Sequence record: MZ574431.2
Length of the DNA stretch: 64,000 nt
Reading direction: 5' to 3' (one strand)
Each line of letters opens with the position of its first letter. The stretch's first letter is position 1. A model generated the notes under the pieces. The model searched no databases. It was not told the DNA's origin and saw only the letters and a program-made list of their open reading frames with translations. The position numbers and the translations under genes are program-made. This document shows positions 19,185-27,596 of this stretch, piece after piece.

Positions 19185-19546
19185 TGCGACCCCTGCGCCG
19201 CAACGACATCGTCCATGTCCCCAGCCTGCACGACGGCGTGCCGGGCGAGCGCTGCTTCTTCGGCCGCGTCTGGCGCCGGGTCTCGCCGACCGAAGTGGAG
19301 GTCATCTGCACCGGCCGCTACGTCCAGGTCTTCAAGGACGAATGGCTGGAGCGATCCGACTACAAGGGCACCTGGGTCACCTATGGCGCGGTGCGCGAGA
19401 AGCACCCCTTCTGGCTGCCCATGTCCTCCCTGCGCAAGCTCAAGCAGCGCGCGGCCTATTACGACGACCGCGTCTGGCGCAAGAAGAAGGACCGCCGGCG
19501 CGAGCGCTTTCACGCCTACATCCGCGCCGAGGAGGCGCAAGCCTGA
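19184..19546 (+). CDS. hypothetical protein (SH3/KOW-like N-half, basic tail)
   Basis: TGATG coupling; LRRNDIV.V...G....V.V pattern. Confidence 0.55.
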   Translation: MRPLRRNDIVHVPSLHDGVPGERCFFGRVWRRVSPTEVEVICTGRYVQVFKDEWLERSDYKGTWVTYGAVREKHPFWLPMSSLRKLKQRAAYYDDRVWRKKKDRRRERFHAYIRAEEAQA

Positions 19547-19734
19547 TGGGACTCTTCGCCCTGCCCTATGATGTCAAGACGCGCCAGGAAGCCATCGACT
19601 GCCTGAAGGCCAACATCGCCATCTGGGACGACTACGCCGCCAAAGGCCAGGACCTGGACTATCTCCTGGGCTTCATGCAGGTCTCTCTCAACAAGGCCAA
19701 GGAGCTACCCTTCGTCGTGGAGCCCGCGTCGTGA
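19546..19734 (+). CDS. hypothetical protein
   Basis: TGATG coupling (MGLFALP). Confidence 0.6.
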   Translation: MGLFALPYDVKTRQEAIDCLKANIAIWDDYAAKGQDLDYLLGFMQVSLNKAKELPFVVEPAS

Positions 19735-19747
19735 GGGCGCCGCCCCG

Positions 19748-19924
19748 GTGGGCTATGTCGTCACGGTCCACAAGTGCCAGGGCGGGACCTACGAAGACGT
19801 CGTCACCATCATGCCCGACGGCAAGACCCCGGTCGAACTCAGGATGGGTGAAGGCCTCATCTTGCGTGGCTGCGACTGGCTCCATCTCCACAACCCGCGA
19901 GACCTCCCATGCCCCTCGTCCTGA
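19748..19924 (+). CDS. 58-aa ORF carrying an SF1 helicase motif-V-like sequence
   Basis: not in ORF track; GAGGG RBS, GTG start; YVVTVHKCQGGTYEDV. Confidence 0.5.
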   Translation: MGYVVTVHKCQGGTYEDVVTIMPDGKTPVELRMGEGLILRGCDWLHLHNPRDLPCPSS

Positions 19925-20319
19925 CCGATGAAGAACTGCGCCGCGCCTCCTCGTGGTTTGGCGCCTGCCAGGACCTGGGCATCAGCTTCGAGAGCCCCGA
20001 CGCCGAATTGGTGATCAAGCTCTACGAGCACCTGGGCATCCACGTGCCGTTCTCGGTCCGCGCCATGGTTCGCCCGCCCGAGCCGTTCGTCGTCTATTTC
20101 GAGGACTGCGACGCGTCCGTCGAGGAGGTCTACAGCCAGACCGACACCTTGGACTTGATCATCGCCCTGGGTGAGATCGCCCGCTTCAATCGTGTCGTGT
20201 CCCTGGGTCCCTACGCCTACCGGCTGGAGTGCGACATCGTCGCCCTGGAGGAGGTCCTGAACCATCACCCCGACTGGTCGCTGACGACGCCCGACGCCTA
20301 CAAGGCCATGACCGGATGA
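19909..20319 (+). CDS. hypothetical protein
   Basis: ORF track. Confidence 0.6.
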   Translation: MPLVLTDEELRRASSWFGACQDLGISFESPDAELVIKLYEHLGIHVPFSVRAMVRPPEPFVVYFEDCDASVEEVYSQTDTLDLIIALGEIARFNRVVSLGPYAYRLECDIVALEEVLNHHPDWSLTTPDAYKAMTG

Positions 20320-20717
20320 GCACGGTCGACTGGTCCTTTGAGGACGGCCGGCGCGAGCAGGCTCAGCGCCGCGAGAAGTGGTTCCAGAACGTCCTGATCA
20401 ACGCCAGCTACAACGACCTCGTGGGCATCACCGATGCGCGCGAAGGCTTGCGAGGCCTCTGGCGCGATGGGCGGCTCTACTGGTGGAACCCGTGGCTGGC
20501 CACCCATGCCCAGGCCGGCCGCTGGCTTGGCAACGAGGGACGCCTTCTCGACGATGAGGTGGAGATGCACGTCGATGAAGACGGCATGCTGCACCTGTCG
20601 GCCTGGACCTGGGAGACCTTGCACAAGGCCGAGGCCCATCCTTCCTTGGCCGAGCCACAGACGCGCCGGTTTGTCAGGCCCGCGCCACCGCCAGAATGGG
20701 AGGTTGACGCGGCCTAG
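20316..20717 (+). CDS. hypothetical protein
   Basis: ATGA overlap start (MSTVDW). Confidence 0.6.
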   Translation: MSTVDWSFEDGRREQAQRREKWFQNVLINASYNDLVGITDAREGLRGLWRDGRLYWWNPWLATHAQAGRWLGNEGRLLDDEVEMHVDEDGMLHLSAWTWETLHKAEAHPSLAEPQTRRFVRPAPPPEWEVDAA

Positions 20718-20733
20718 GTCATCGTGCGAGAAA
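20704..20733 (+). promoter_or_regulatory. putative promoter
   Basis: TTGACG-N16-GCGAGAAA. Confidence 0.45.
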
Positions 20734-20742
20734 CCCGTTGCC

Positions 20743-21822
20743 ATGACCCTACCCGTCGACACCAAAGCCAAGCTCCTCTCCCGCGACCAGTTTCGCGAGG
20801 CCGTGTTCGCGCGCGACGGTCATGCTTGCGTTTTCTGCAAGCGCCGAGCCGAGGACACGCCCGAGGGCAAGCTGGATGCGCATCACATTCTCGAACGACG
20901 CCTCTTCCAGGCGCCCCACGAGAAGGGCGGCTACTTCCTGGGCAATGGCGCGACGGTCTGCGAGGACCATCACCGCCAGTGCGAGTCGACCCAAATTTCG
21001 GTCGACGAGGTCTATGCCGCCTGCGGCATCACCCGCCGGGTTCTGCCCGATCATCTCTATTCGGACCTCGACTACGACAAGTGGGGCAACATCGTCACGC
21101 CCAGCGGAGAGCGCCTGAAGGGCGAACTCTATGGCGACGAGAGCGTCCAGAAGATTATGGCCCAGTGCGCGCCGCCCCCGGTCTTCAAGCCCTACGTCAA
21201 ATATCCGCGCACCAATCACCTGCCCTGGTCGCCGGGGCTCAACGATGACGACCGGGTCTTGAAGGACCTCTCGGCCTTCATCGGCGAGCGCGTGATCGTC
21301 ACCACCAAGATGGATGGCGAGCAGACCAACATGTACCGCGACCACTACCATGCCCGGTCGGTGGAGAGCGCTCACCACGAGAGCCAGGGCTGGGCCAAGA
21401 ACTTCTGGTCGCAGATTTGCGGCGACATCCCCGAGGGCTGGCGCGTCTGCGGCGAGAACCTCTACGCTAAGCACTCGATCGCCTATGACGCCCTGCCTAC
21501 CTACTTCATGGGCTTTGGCGTCTGGAACGATCTCAACCAGTGCCTGTCCTGGGACGACACGCTCGAATGGTTCGAGCTTCTGGGCGTCACGCCGGTGCCG
21601 GTGATCTATGACGGCGTCTTCGACGAGGCCGCCATCAAGGCCCTCTATGACGCCAAGACCTGGGACACCTGCGAGGGCTATGTGCTGCGCGTGGCGCGTT
21701 CGTTCTCCTACGGCGAGTTCCGCGCCTGCGTCGGTAAGTTCGTCCGCGCCGGCCACGTCCAGACAACCAAGCACTGGAAACACGGCCAGCGGGTCGAGAA
21801 GAACGGGCTAGTCAGCGCATGA
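20743..21822 (+). CDS. HNH endonuclease domain fused to an Rnl2-like RNA ligase
   Basis: N: RD...CVFC...DAHHI...N..TVC..HH; C: KYPRT.HLPWS, TKMDGE, GEN, EGYVLR, KFVR. Confidence 0.8.
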   Translation: MTLPVDTKAKLLSRDQFREAVFARDGHACVFCKRRAEDTPEGKLDAHHILERRLFQAPHEKGGYFLGNGATVCEDHHRQCESTQISVDEVYAACGITRRVLPDHLYSDLDYDKWGNIVTPSGERLKGELYGDESVQKIMAQCAPPPVFKPYVKYPRTNHLPWSPGLNDDDRVLKDLSAFIGERVIVTTKMDGEQTNMYRDHYHARSVESAHHESQGWAKNFWSQICGDIPEGWRVCGENLYAKHSIAYDALPTYFMGFGVWNDLNQCLSWDDTLEWFELLGVTPVPVIYDGVFDEAAIKALYDAKTWDTCEGYVLRVARSFSYGEFRACVGKFVRAGHVQTTKHWKHGQRVEKNGLVSA

Positions 21823-22577
21823 GCAAGGGACCGCCCAGGCGCTTCGACCACGACGAGATGATCGATCTCTGGCGGGCCGGCCACAATTCCATCGCCCTGG
21901 CCGCTCGCTATGGCGTCACGCCTAGCGCGATCAGTCGCGCCATCAGCCATGCCCGCAGCAAGGACCCGACCATCCCGCGCCGCAAGCGCGTCGACCGCGA
22001 GGCCGTGGTCACTGCCTATCAGGCCGGCGCCAGCGAAGTGGCCATCGCCAAGGACCTGGGCCATTCTCTGGCCGTGGTCTACCGCGCCCTGGCCCAGGCC
22101 GGCGTGCCGCTGCGTCCGCGCCCCGGCTCGGTTGATGTCCAGGCCGCCGCCGACCTACGCAAGCAAGGCCTGACGATCGACCAGATCGCCGAGGCCTTGA
22201 GCGCCTCGCGTCATGGCGTGCGCCGCGCTCTGACCCGCGCGGGCCTCTCCGCACGCCCCTCCCACACCCACGCCGGACCTGCGCCTCGCTTCGATCACGT
22301 CGAAGCCCATCGGCTCTATGCGGCCGGCGGGGAGAGCTTCTCGTCCCTGGCCCGCAGGTTTGGCGTCTCGCGCCAAGCCATGCAGGACATGCTGGTGCGC
22401 AACTATGGCGTCACGGCCAAGCGGCGCACCTATCGTCCCGTGGTCGACAAAGTCCGCAAGATCGATCCGTTCGAAGCCCGCGCGCTCTATGCCACCGGCG
22501 ACTGGACCTATCGCGCCTTGGCCGCCAAGTACGGCGCCACCTGCCGGGCAGTGGAGCGCGCGATCAAGGGCGTTTGA
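21819..22577 (+). CDS. tandem five-HTH DNA-binding protein
   Basis: five ~36-aa repeats of D....Y..G.S...LA..YGV....V.RA. Confidence 0.8.
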   Translation: MSKGPPRRFDHDEMIDLWRAGHNSIALAARYGVTPSAISRAISHARSKDPTIPRRKRVDREAVVTAYQAGASEVAIAKDLGHSLAVVYRALAQAGVPLRPRPGSVDVQAAADLRKQGLTIDQIAEALSASRHGVRRALTRAGLSARPSHTHAGPAPRFDHVEAHRLYAAGGESFSSLARRFGVSRQAMQDMLVRNYGVTAKRRTYRPVVDKVRKIDPFEARALYATGDWTYRALAAKYGATCRAVERAIKGV

Positions 22578-22581
22578 TCCT

Positions 22582-22623
22582 GCAAGAAAGCTGTTGACAG
22601 CCCTGTTGCCGGCGTGCTTTATG
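22582..22623 (+). promoter_or_regulatory. promoter with AAGAAAGCTG element
   Basis: GCAAGAAAGCTGTTGACA-N16-GCTTTATG. Confidence 0.7.
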
Positions 22624-22657
22624 GCTCCAACGCAACAACGCAGAAGGAGCCGCCGTC

Positions 22658-22834
22658 TTGAAAACCGCTGACCTGGGCCAGGGCTGGTACGCCAACGCCA
22701 ACGACGACGGCAGCTTCACGGTGCGCAACCCCGACAAGGGCCAGCGCATCAACCTGACGGCCGACGAGGCCAAGCGCTTTGTCGAACTCTACCGCGAGGC
22801 CGAGGCGCAAGTCGCACAAGGCGTCCAGTCGTGA
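22658..22834 (+). CDS. small hypothetical protein
   Basis: not in track; AAGGAG RBS, TTG start, GTGA coupling to next gene. Confidence 0.55.
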   Translation: MKTADLGQGWYANANDDGSFTVRNPDKGQRINLTADEAKRFVELYREAEAQVAQGVQS

Positions 22835-23268
22835 AGATCGGCGCCAACGATCAGTTCGTGCTCGAAGCCGTCCACGGCGGCTGGTCGGTGCTGTTCCGCG
22901 CCGAGGTCGGCAACCAGAGCAACAGCCTGGAGATCGCCCGCTTCCTGGTGGCCTACTACCCCGACGAGGTCATCACCCTGGGCTCGGCTCAGGCCTTCGT
23001 CGAGAAGATGAACGCCACGCTGCAAGCCGAGCGCCGGCATAACCAGGGCCTGATGGCGCCCGAGTGGGATATGCGCGGCAGCTACGCGGCCGGCGATCGG
23101 GTGACCTTCGAGGGCGAGGTCTACGAGTACGTCTCGCGCACGCCCCGCGACTTCAGCGACGACGACAAGGTCGCCATGACCCCGAAGTATTCGGGCCTGT
23201 GGCAGGACGTCAAGAACGAGCGCGCGCTGGCCTATGCCCGCAGCCTCGTGGCGGACAACGCCCTCTGA
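22831..23268 (+). CDS. hypothetical protein with CBM5/12-like module
   Basis: W....Y..GDRVTFEGEVY...P...W pattern. Confidence 0.55.
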   Translation: MKIGANDQFVLEAVHGGWSVLFRAEVGNQSNSLEIARFLVAYYPDEVITLGSAQAFVEKMNATLQAERRHNQGLMAPEWDMRGSYAAGDRVTFEGEVYEYVSRTPRDFSDDDKVAMTPKYSGLWQDVKNERALAYARSLVADNAL

Positions 23269-23525
23269 TGCCCAAGGCCTACAACCTCACGGGCGGCCTG
23301 AAGCTGGTGGTCGAGATGCGTGGTCAGTACACGATCACGCGCGCCGGCAAGACCCTGGGCAGCGGCTCGTTCTGGCGCGGCAAGAACGCGGCCGGCGACA
23401 TCGCCACCTACTGCCGGGTCTGGGACCACAACAACGTCGATCTGGGCATCAACGCTGTCTACTTCAGCGACTTCAAGCGCGAGGTCGACTGGTACTGGAC
23501 CCACGGCGAAGGCAAGGACCTCTAG
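23268..23525 (+). CDS. hypothetical protein
   Basis: TGATG coupling. Confidence 0.6.
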   Translation: MPKAYNLTGGLKLVVEMRGQYTITRAGKTLGSGSFWRGKNAAGDIATYCRVWDHNNVDLGINAVYFSDFKREVDWYWTHGEGKDL

Positions 23526-23527
23526 CC

Positions 23528-23755
23528 ATGGGAACCTACGGCCTCAACGAACTCATGCGCCGGCGCCGCGAGCAACTGACGGCCGAAGCCCTGGAGCGTA
23601 AGGACGATCCCTATTTCCAGGCCCTGGAGCGCGAGCGCATCGCCGACGAGATCGCCATGGGCCTGCGCAACGCCGACGGTGAATGGCTGTGGGCCGACAC
23701 CCCTGCTTCCGACGAGGCGGAAGACGAAATCCTTCAGGACGAGGACGAAGAATGA
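23528..23755 (+). CDS. small acidic-tailed hypothetical protein
   Basis: start MGTYGL. Confidence 0.6.
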   Translation: MGTYGLNELMRRRREQLTAEALERKDDPYFQALERERIADEIAMGLRNADGEWLWADTPASDEAEDEILQDEDEE

Positions 23756-24069
23756 TCCGCGAGAACCCCCGCTTCGAGAAGACCTTCACCGTCGGCGACA
23801 TGATCGACCTGCTCCAGGCCCACGATCGCAAGCTGCCGCTGGGCATCTTCAGTCCGTCCATGGGCGTGATGTTCCCGCCCCAGGTCAAGGCCGAGACGAT
23901 CAACACGATCGGCTTCAAGTCCGAGGACGCGCGCGGCCGGATCGGCTTCAACCTGCATGATCCCTCCGAACTGAAGAACCCCATGCTCTGCGCCAAGACC
24001 GTCCGCAAGCTCAACGGCCCGCCCGTCAAGATCGTGCTGATCCACGCGCCCAAGGAATATGTGGGCTGA
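23752..24069 (+). CDS. hypothetical protein
   Basis: ATGA overlap start. Confidence 0.6.
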   Translation: MIRENPRFEKTFTVGDMIDLLQAHDRKLPLGIFSPSMGVMFPPQVKAETINTIGFKSEDARGRIGFNLHDPSELKNPMLCAKTVRKLNGPPVKIVLIHAPKEYVG

Positions 24070-24075
24070 TCTTGC

Positions 24076-25122
24076 ATGGGCGACTGGAAGCAACAGCTTG
24101 TGGCCCAGGCCAAGGGCATGCCCTTGGACATCGAGCCGCTGGTGGCTTCGCCACCCAGACCGCCCGCGCCGCAACCCTTGCGCCGGCGCCGCCCGATCCT
24201 GACCGACGCCGAGCGCCAGATGCTTGGGATCGGCGTGGGTCCGACCCCAAAACAACCCGGCGGCAAGCGTAAGTTCAAGACGCCCCGCACCCGTCCATTC
24301 AAAGGTCCGCGCGCCTGCGTGCTGTTGGTCAGGGAGGCCAAGGTCCTGAATAAGAAACCGCGCATGGCCCGCCTGCGAGGCCGGAAGGTTCCGATGCTGG
24401 CGACCCGCACGCCGTTCAACTACGACAAGGCCATGGACCTGCGCGAAGCGGGAATCTCGGTGCAGAACATCGCCACGGCGCTGGATGTGTCGCCGCTGGC
24501 GATCCGGGCCTTCGTCAACACCTACGCCAGCCACGTCAAGGCCACGCGAGGGTCCAACCTCTCCGAAGAGGTTCAAGACCAGATCGTCAAGACCTATGCG
24601 CAAGGCGGCGTCACCCAGGCCCAGGTGGCCAAGCAGTTTGGCGTCAGCGGTCCGACAGTCTGCAACATTATCCGGCGGCGTGCGCCAGGGCTAGGCAAGT
24701 CCATGCGGCGCTATGCCTTCCACCCCAACCGCAGACTGGACATCGAAGAGGCGGCGGCTGCCTACGAGGCGGGTCAGACCTTGCGCGAGATCGCCAAGGC
24801 CCAAGGGGTGTCACAGAACGCCGTCTACCTGAACCTGAAGACCTATGCGCCACAGGTGATGGAGGCCAAGCGTCTGGAGCGCCTCGCCGCTAAGGCTGCC
24901 AAGGAAGCCCAGCGGCTCACCAAGCTGAAGGCCAAGGAACCGACCCTCGGTTATAGCTTCAACGCGACCCTGGCGATCCGCACCCTGCGCGCCGGCGGCT
25001 CGCGCCAAAACGTGCTCGACTACTTCAAGATCAGTCGAAGCACGCTGGCTCGGATGCTGAGCAAGGAAGCGCCCGATCTCCTGCGCCCCAGAGCGGGACG
25101 CCCCCACAAGGAGACGACGTGA
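24076..25122 (+). CDS. tandem four-HTH DNA-binding protein with basic N-terminus
   Basis: four HTH repeats, e.g. YAQGGVTQAQVAKQFGVSGPTVCNII. Confidence 0.75.
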   Translation: MGDWKQQLVAQAKGMPLDIEPLVASPPRPPAPQPLRRRRPILTDAERQMLGIGVGPTPKQPGGKRKFKTPRTRPFKGPRACVLLVREAKVLNKKPRMARLRGRKVPMLATRTPFNYDKAMDLREAGISVQNIATALDVSPLAIRAFVNTYASHVKATRGSNLSEEVQDQIVKTYAQGGVTQAQVAKQFGVSGPTVCNIIRRRAPGLGKSMRRYAFHPNRRLDIEEAAAAYEAGQTLREIAKAQGVSQNAVYLNLKTYAPQVMEAKRLERLAAKAAKEAQRLTKLKAKEPTLGYSFNATLAIRTLRAGGSRQNVLDYFKISRSTLARMLSKEAPDLLRPRAGRPHKETT

Positions 25123-25158
25123 CGCCCTGAAAAGGTGACGCCGTGAGGATGTGACGAC
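25119..25158 (+). repeat. three GTGACG direct repeats, 16-bp period
   Basis: GTGACG at 25119, 25135, 25151. Confidence 0.6.
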
Positions 25159-25267
25159 CTGACAGGCGCCGGCCGATTGAAAGTGAGGCCGCGTCTGATT
25201 GAAGACTTGAAATCGCGAGCGGGTCGCCGAAGGCGGCGCGTGATGCGGCCATGAACAAGGAACCTGG

Positions 25268-25843
25268 ATGACCCAAACTGCTGAAGCTCTCGCCCGCGCC
25301 AATTATGACCGCCTTGCGGCCATGGACATGTTCAAGTCCAATCCGATGCCGGCCTGGGACGCCATGCCTGATAGCCAGCGCGCGGCCTGGGTGCAGCAGG
25401 CGGCCGAACAGATCGAGCGCGAGCGCCCCAGGGTCCTGTCCCCGCTCGATCGCGACATCATCGACCTACTTCAGGAAGAAAGCGCCGAGGTCCTGGAGGA
25501 ACTGGCGCCGCACATGGCCGCCGCCATCGCCCGGATCGTCAAGCTGGCCAACAAGGCCAAGCGCTTTGGCAACGTCAAGAACCCGTTCGCGGGCGAGGAC
25601 ACCAAGCCCAACTACGAAAAGCTCGAAGACGAGATCGGCGACTTCGGCGCCCTGGTGGCGATCCTCGGCGCGCGCGGCGTGCTCTCCAAGGAGCGCATCA
25701 ACCAGCGCATCGAGTGGAAGGTGGGCATGCTCACCACCCATGGCTCGATCGACTGGTCCAAGGATGATCAGCCGACCGCCGCCCCGAAGACCCCGCCACC
25801 GTCCAGGCCCGCTACGAGGACAAGGCCGCCTACCAGGAGATGA
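25268..25843 (+). CDS. MazG-like all-alpha NTP pyrophosphohydrolase domain protein
   Basis: LLQEESAEV...K..RFG...LEDEIGD. Confidence 0.6.
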   Translation: MTQTAEALARANYDRLAAMDMFKSNPMPAWDAMPDSQRAAWVQQAAEQIERERPRVLSPLDRDIIDLLQEESAEVLEELAPHMAAAIARIVKLANKAKRFGNVKNPFAGEDTKPNYEKLEDEIGDFGALVAILGARGVLSKERINQRIEWKVGMLTTHGSIDWSKDDQPTAAPKTPPPSRPATRTRPPTRR

Positions 25844-26100
25844 TCCTGCGCAAGGCCCTGACCGGCCAGTCCGCGCCGCACGAGGGCGTCTGGGTCGAAG
25901 CCCTGCGTCGGCTCAACGACTTCCTGGCCGAGGATACCCCGCCGCTGTCGACGGCCCTGGACCTGATCGGCCTGCGCAACAACTTCCTGGCGAACCGCGA
26001 CTACAGCGAGATCGACCTGTTCGAGCAGGCCGTCGTCATGCTGCTGGCCAAGCTGAAGGACACCCATCCGGGCAACATCCTCGATCCGGCCGGCGCGTAA
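25840..26100 (+). CDS. hypothetical protein
   Basis: ATGA coupling. Confidence 0.6.
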   Translation: MILRKALTGQSAPHEGVWVEALRRLNDFLAEDTPPLSTALDLIGLRNNFLANRDYSEIDLFEQAVVMLLAKLKDTHPGNILDPAGA

Positions 26101-26138
26101 GAAAACTGTTGACAACTTCTTGGGGCGGACGTAGAAGG
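26097..26138 (+). promoter_or_regulatory. promoter with AAGAAAACTG element
   Basis: GTAAGAAAACTGTTGACA (-35 at 26109). Confidence 0.65.
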
Positions 26139-26164
26139 GACGCAACAGCAGCCCAGGAGACCTC

Positions 26165-26584
26165 ATGACCTACGCCCTGCCCGACCTCGCGAAGATCACC
26201 TTCCACGACAAGAAGGTCGAGCGGTTCGCCGAGTTCCTGATCGGCTGCATCAACATCGGCTCCGCCAGCATCCAGGGCTTCAAGACGGCTCTGGACAGCG
26301 ACCCGTTCGCCGCCTGCGAGGACATCGCCAAGCTGAAGTTGGCCGCCGCCCGCCTACGCACCGCCAAGTGCTATCTGGAGCATGTCCTGGACCTCGCCGC
26401 AAACGGCCCGGACAAGACCTGGGCCTACATCGGCGCGATGATCCGCAAGGACCTGGACACCCGCGTCGTCTACGCCGCCAGTCGCCCGCCGCGCTCGTCC
26501 AACCCCGAGTCCGATGACATGGCGGCGGTGGAACTGCGCGCCCTGGCTGAACTGCTCAAGCGCTTCCAGGACGGTGAGTTCTGA
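26165..26584 (+). CDS. hypothetical protein
   Basis: AGGAG RBS. Confidence 0.7.
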   Translation: MTYALPDLAKITFHDKKVERFAEFLIGCINIGSASIQGFKTALDSDPFAACEDIAKLKLAAARLRTAKCYLEHVLDLAANGPDKTWAYIGAMIRKDLDTRVVYAASRPPRSSNPESDDMAAVELRALAELLKRFQDGEF

Positions 26585-26955
26585 TGAACCTCGACCCGCG
26601 CATCGGCATGCTCCAGACCGAACGGGGTCTGGCCTTCTACGCCTATCCCCACGGCTATGACGCGCCGGCCGTGCGCGGCAGCCGCGAGAAGGTCGAGTTC
26701 GCCCTGGGCCTTCGCCATCGACGCTTCGCGCGGATGGCCGACGTCCCACTCGGCCCGTACCTGAGCGTCTATGACGTCGAGATCACCGTGCGCAGCTACA
26801 GCCACGGCTATCACCGCTACACGCGCGGCCCCTATCACTACGAGGGCATCCGTGCCCCGTCCAAATCCGCCGCCAACGACGAGGCCCGCCGACTGCATGG
26901 TCACAAGGGCCATGGCCTACCGTCGGCCAAAGCCACCCTGCGCCTGGACGCCTGA
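26584..26955 (+). CDS. hypothetical protein
   Basis: TGATG coupling. Confidence 0.6.
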   Translation: MNLDPRIGMLQTERGLAFYAYPHGYDAPAVRGSREKVEFALGLRHRRFARMADVPLGPYLSVYDVEITVRSYSHGYHRYTRGPYHYEGIRAPSKSAANDEARRLHGHKGHGLPSAKATLRLDA

Positions 26956-26958
26956 TCC

Positions 26959-27339
26959 ATGAAGAAGACCCACAAGATCACGGCCGACGAGGCCGCCATC
27001 ATCCGCAAGGCCGCCACCAAGCTGGTCGGCAACGCCCGCGTGCGCCTCGAACTCAACCTCCACGCCAACGACGCCGACCAGGAGGGCTACAACACCCTGG
27101 CCCTGGGCGAGGAGCACAGCACCGTTGACACCTGCGACTGGGGCCAGTTCCGCAACCGCGTCTTCCCACTGGTCGACGGCGCCGCGCGCCTGGACATCTC
27201 GATCTACACCGTGCGCTCCAAGGACGGCGACTTCGAAGTCCTCAACTACATCTACCCGATCTGGGAAGGCGGCAAGCTCGTGCGCATCGAGGGCCTGTCG
27301 CGCATCGGGGCTGGCTACGCGCCGATCTGGGGCCTCTAG
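26959..27339 (+). CDS. hypothetical protein
   Basis: ORF track. Confidence 0.65.
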   Translation: MKKTHKITADEAAIIRKAATKLVGNARVRLELNLHANDADQEGYNTLALGEEHSTVDTCDWGQFRNRVFPLVDGAARLDISIYTVRSKDGDFEVLNYIYPIWEGGKLVRIEGLSRIGAGYAPIWGL

Positions 27340-27341
27340 CC

Positions 27342-27596
27342 TTGGCGACCAAGCCTAGGCCCGTCGGCGTCCGAGGCCACACCGAGATCATCGAGGCGGG
27401 TGGCACGCGCGTGCGCTTCTTCTGCCCGCACGGCCATACCCAGATCGAGGACCTGGGACGCAAGTCCCTGCCGATTTCCAAGCGCCTGTCACCGGGCGCT
27501 GTGAAGCTACTTGCGCGCGTCTGGGGCAAAGGGCATGCTGGTGTGACCTTCACCTGTAAGGCCTGCACCAAGGAAAACCATGCCCTCTCGTCGTGA
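27342..27596 (+). CDS. hypothetical Zn-binding protein
   Basis: CPHGH ... CKAC. Confidence 0.55.
   Translation: MATKPRPVGVRGHTEIIEAGGTRVRFFCPHGHTQIEDLGRKSLPISKRLSPGAVKLLARVWGKGHAGVTFTCKACTKENHALSS

Noticed and set aside
19731-19931. Track ORF MRAPPR...
   Set aside because: Its Ser/Arg-rich composition is typical of an off-frame reading. The 19748-19924 frame has an RBS and normal codons.
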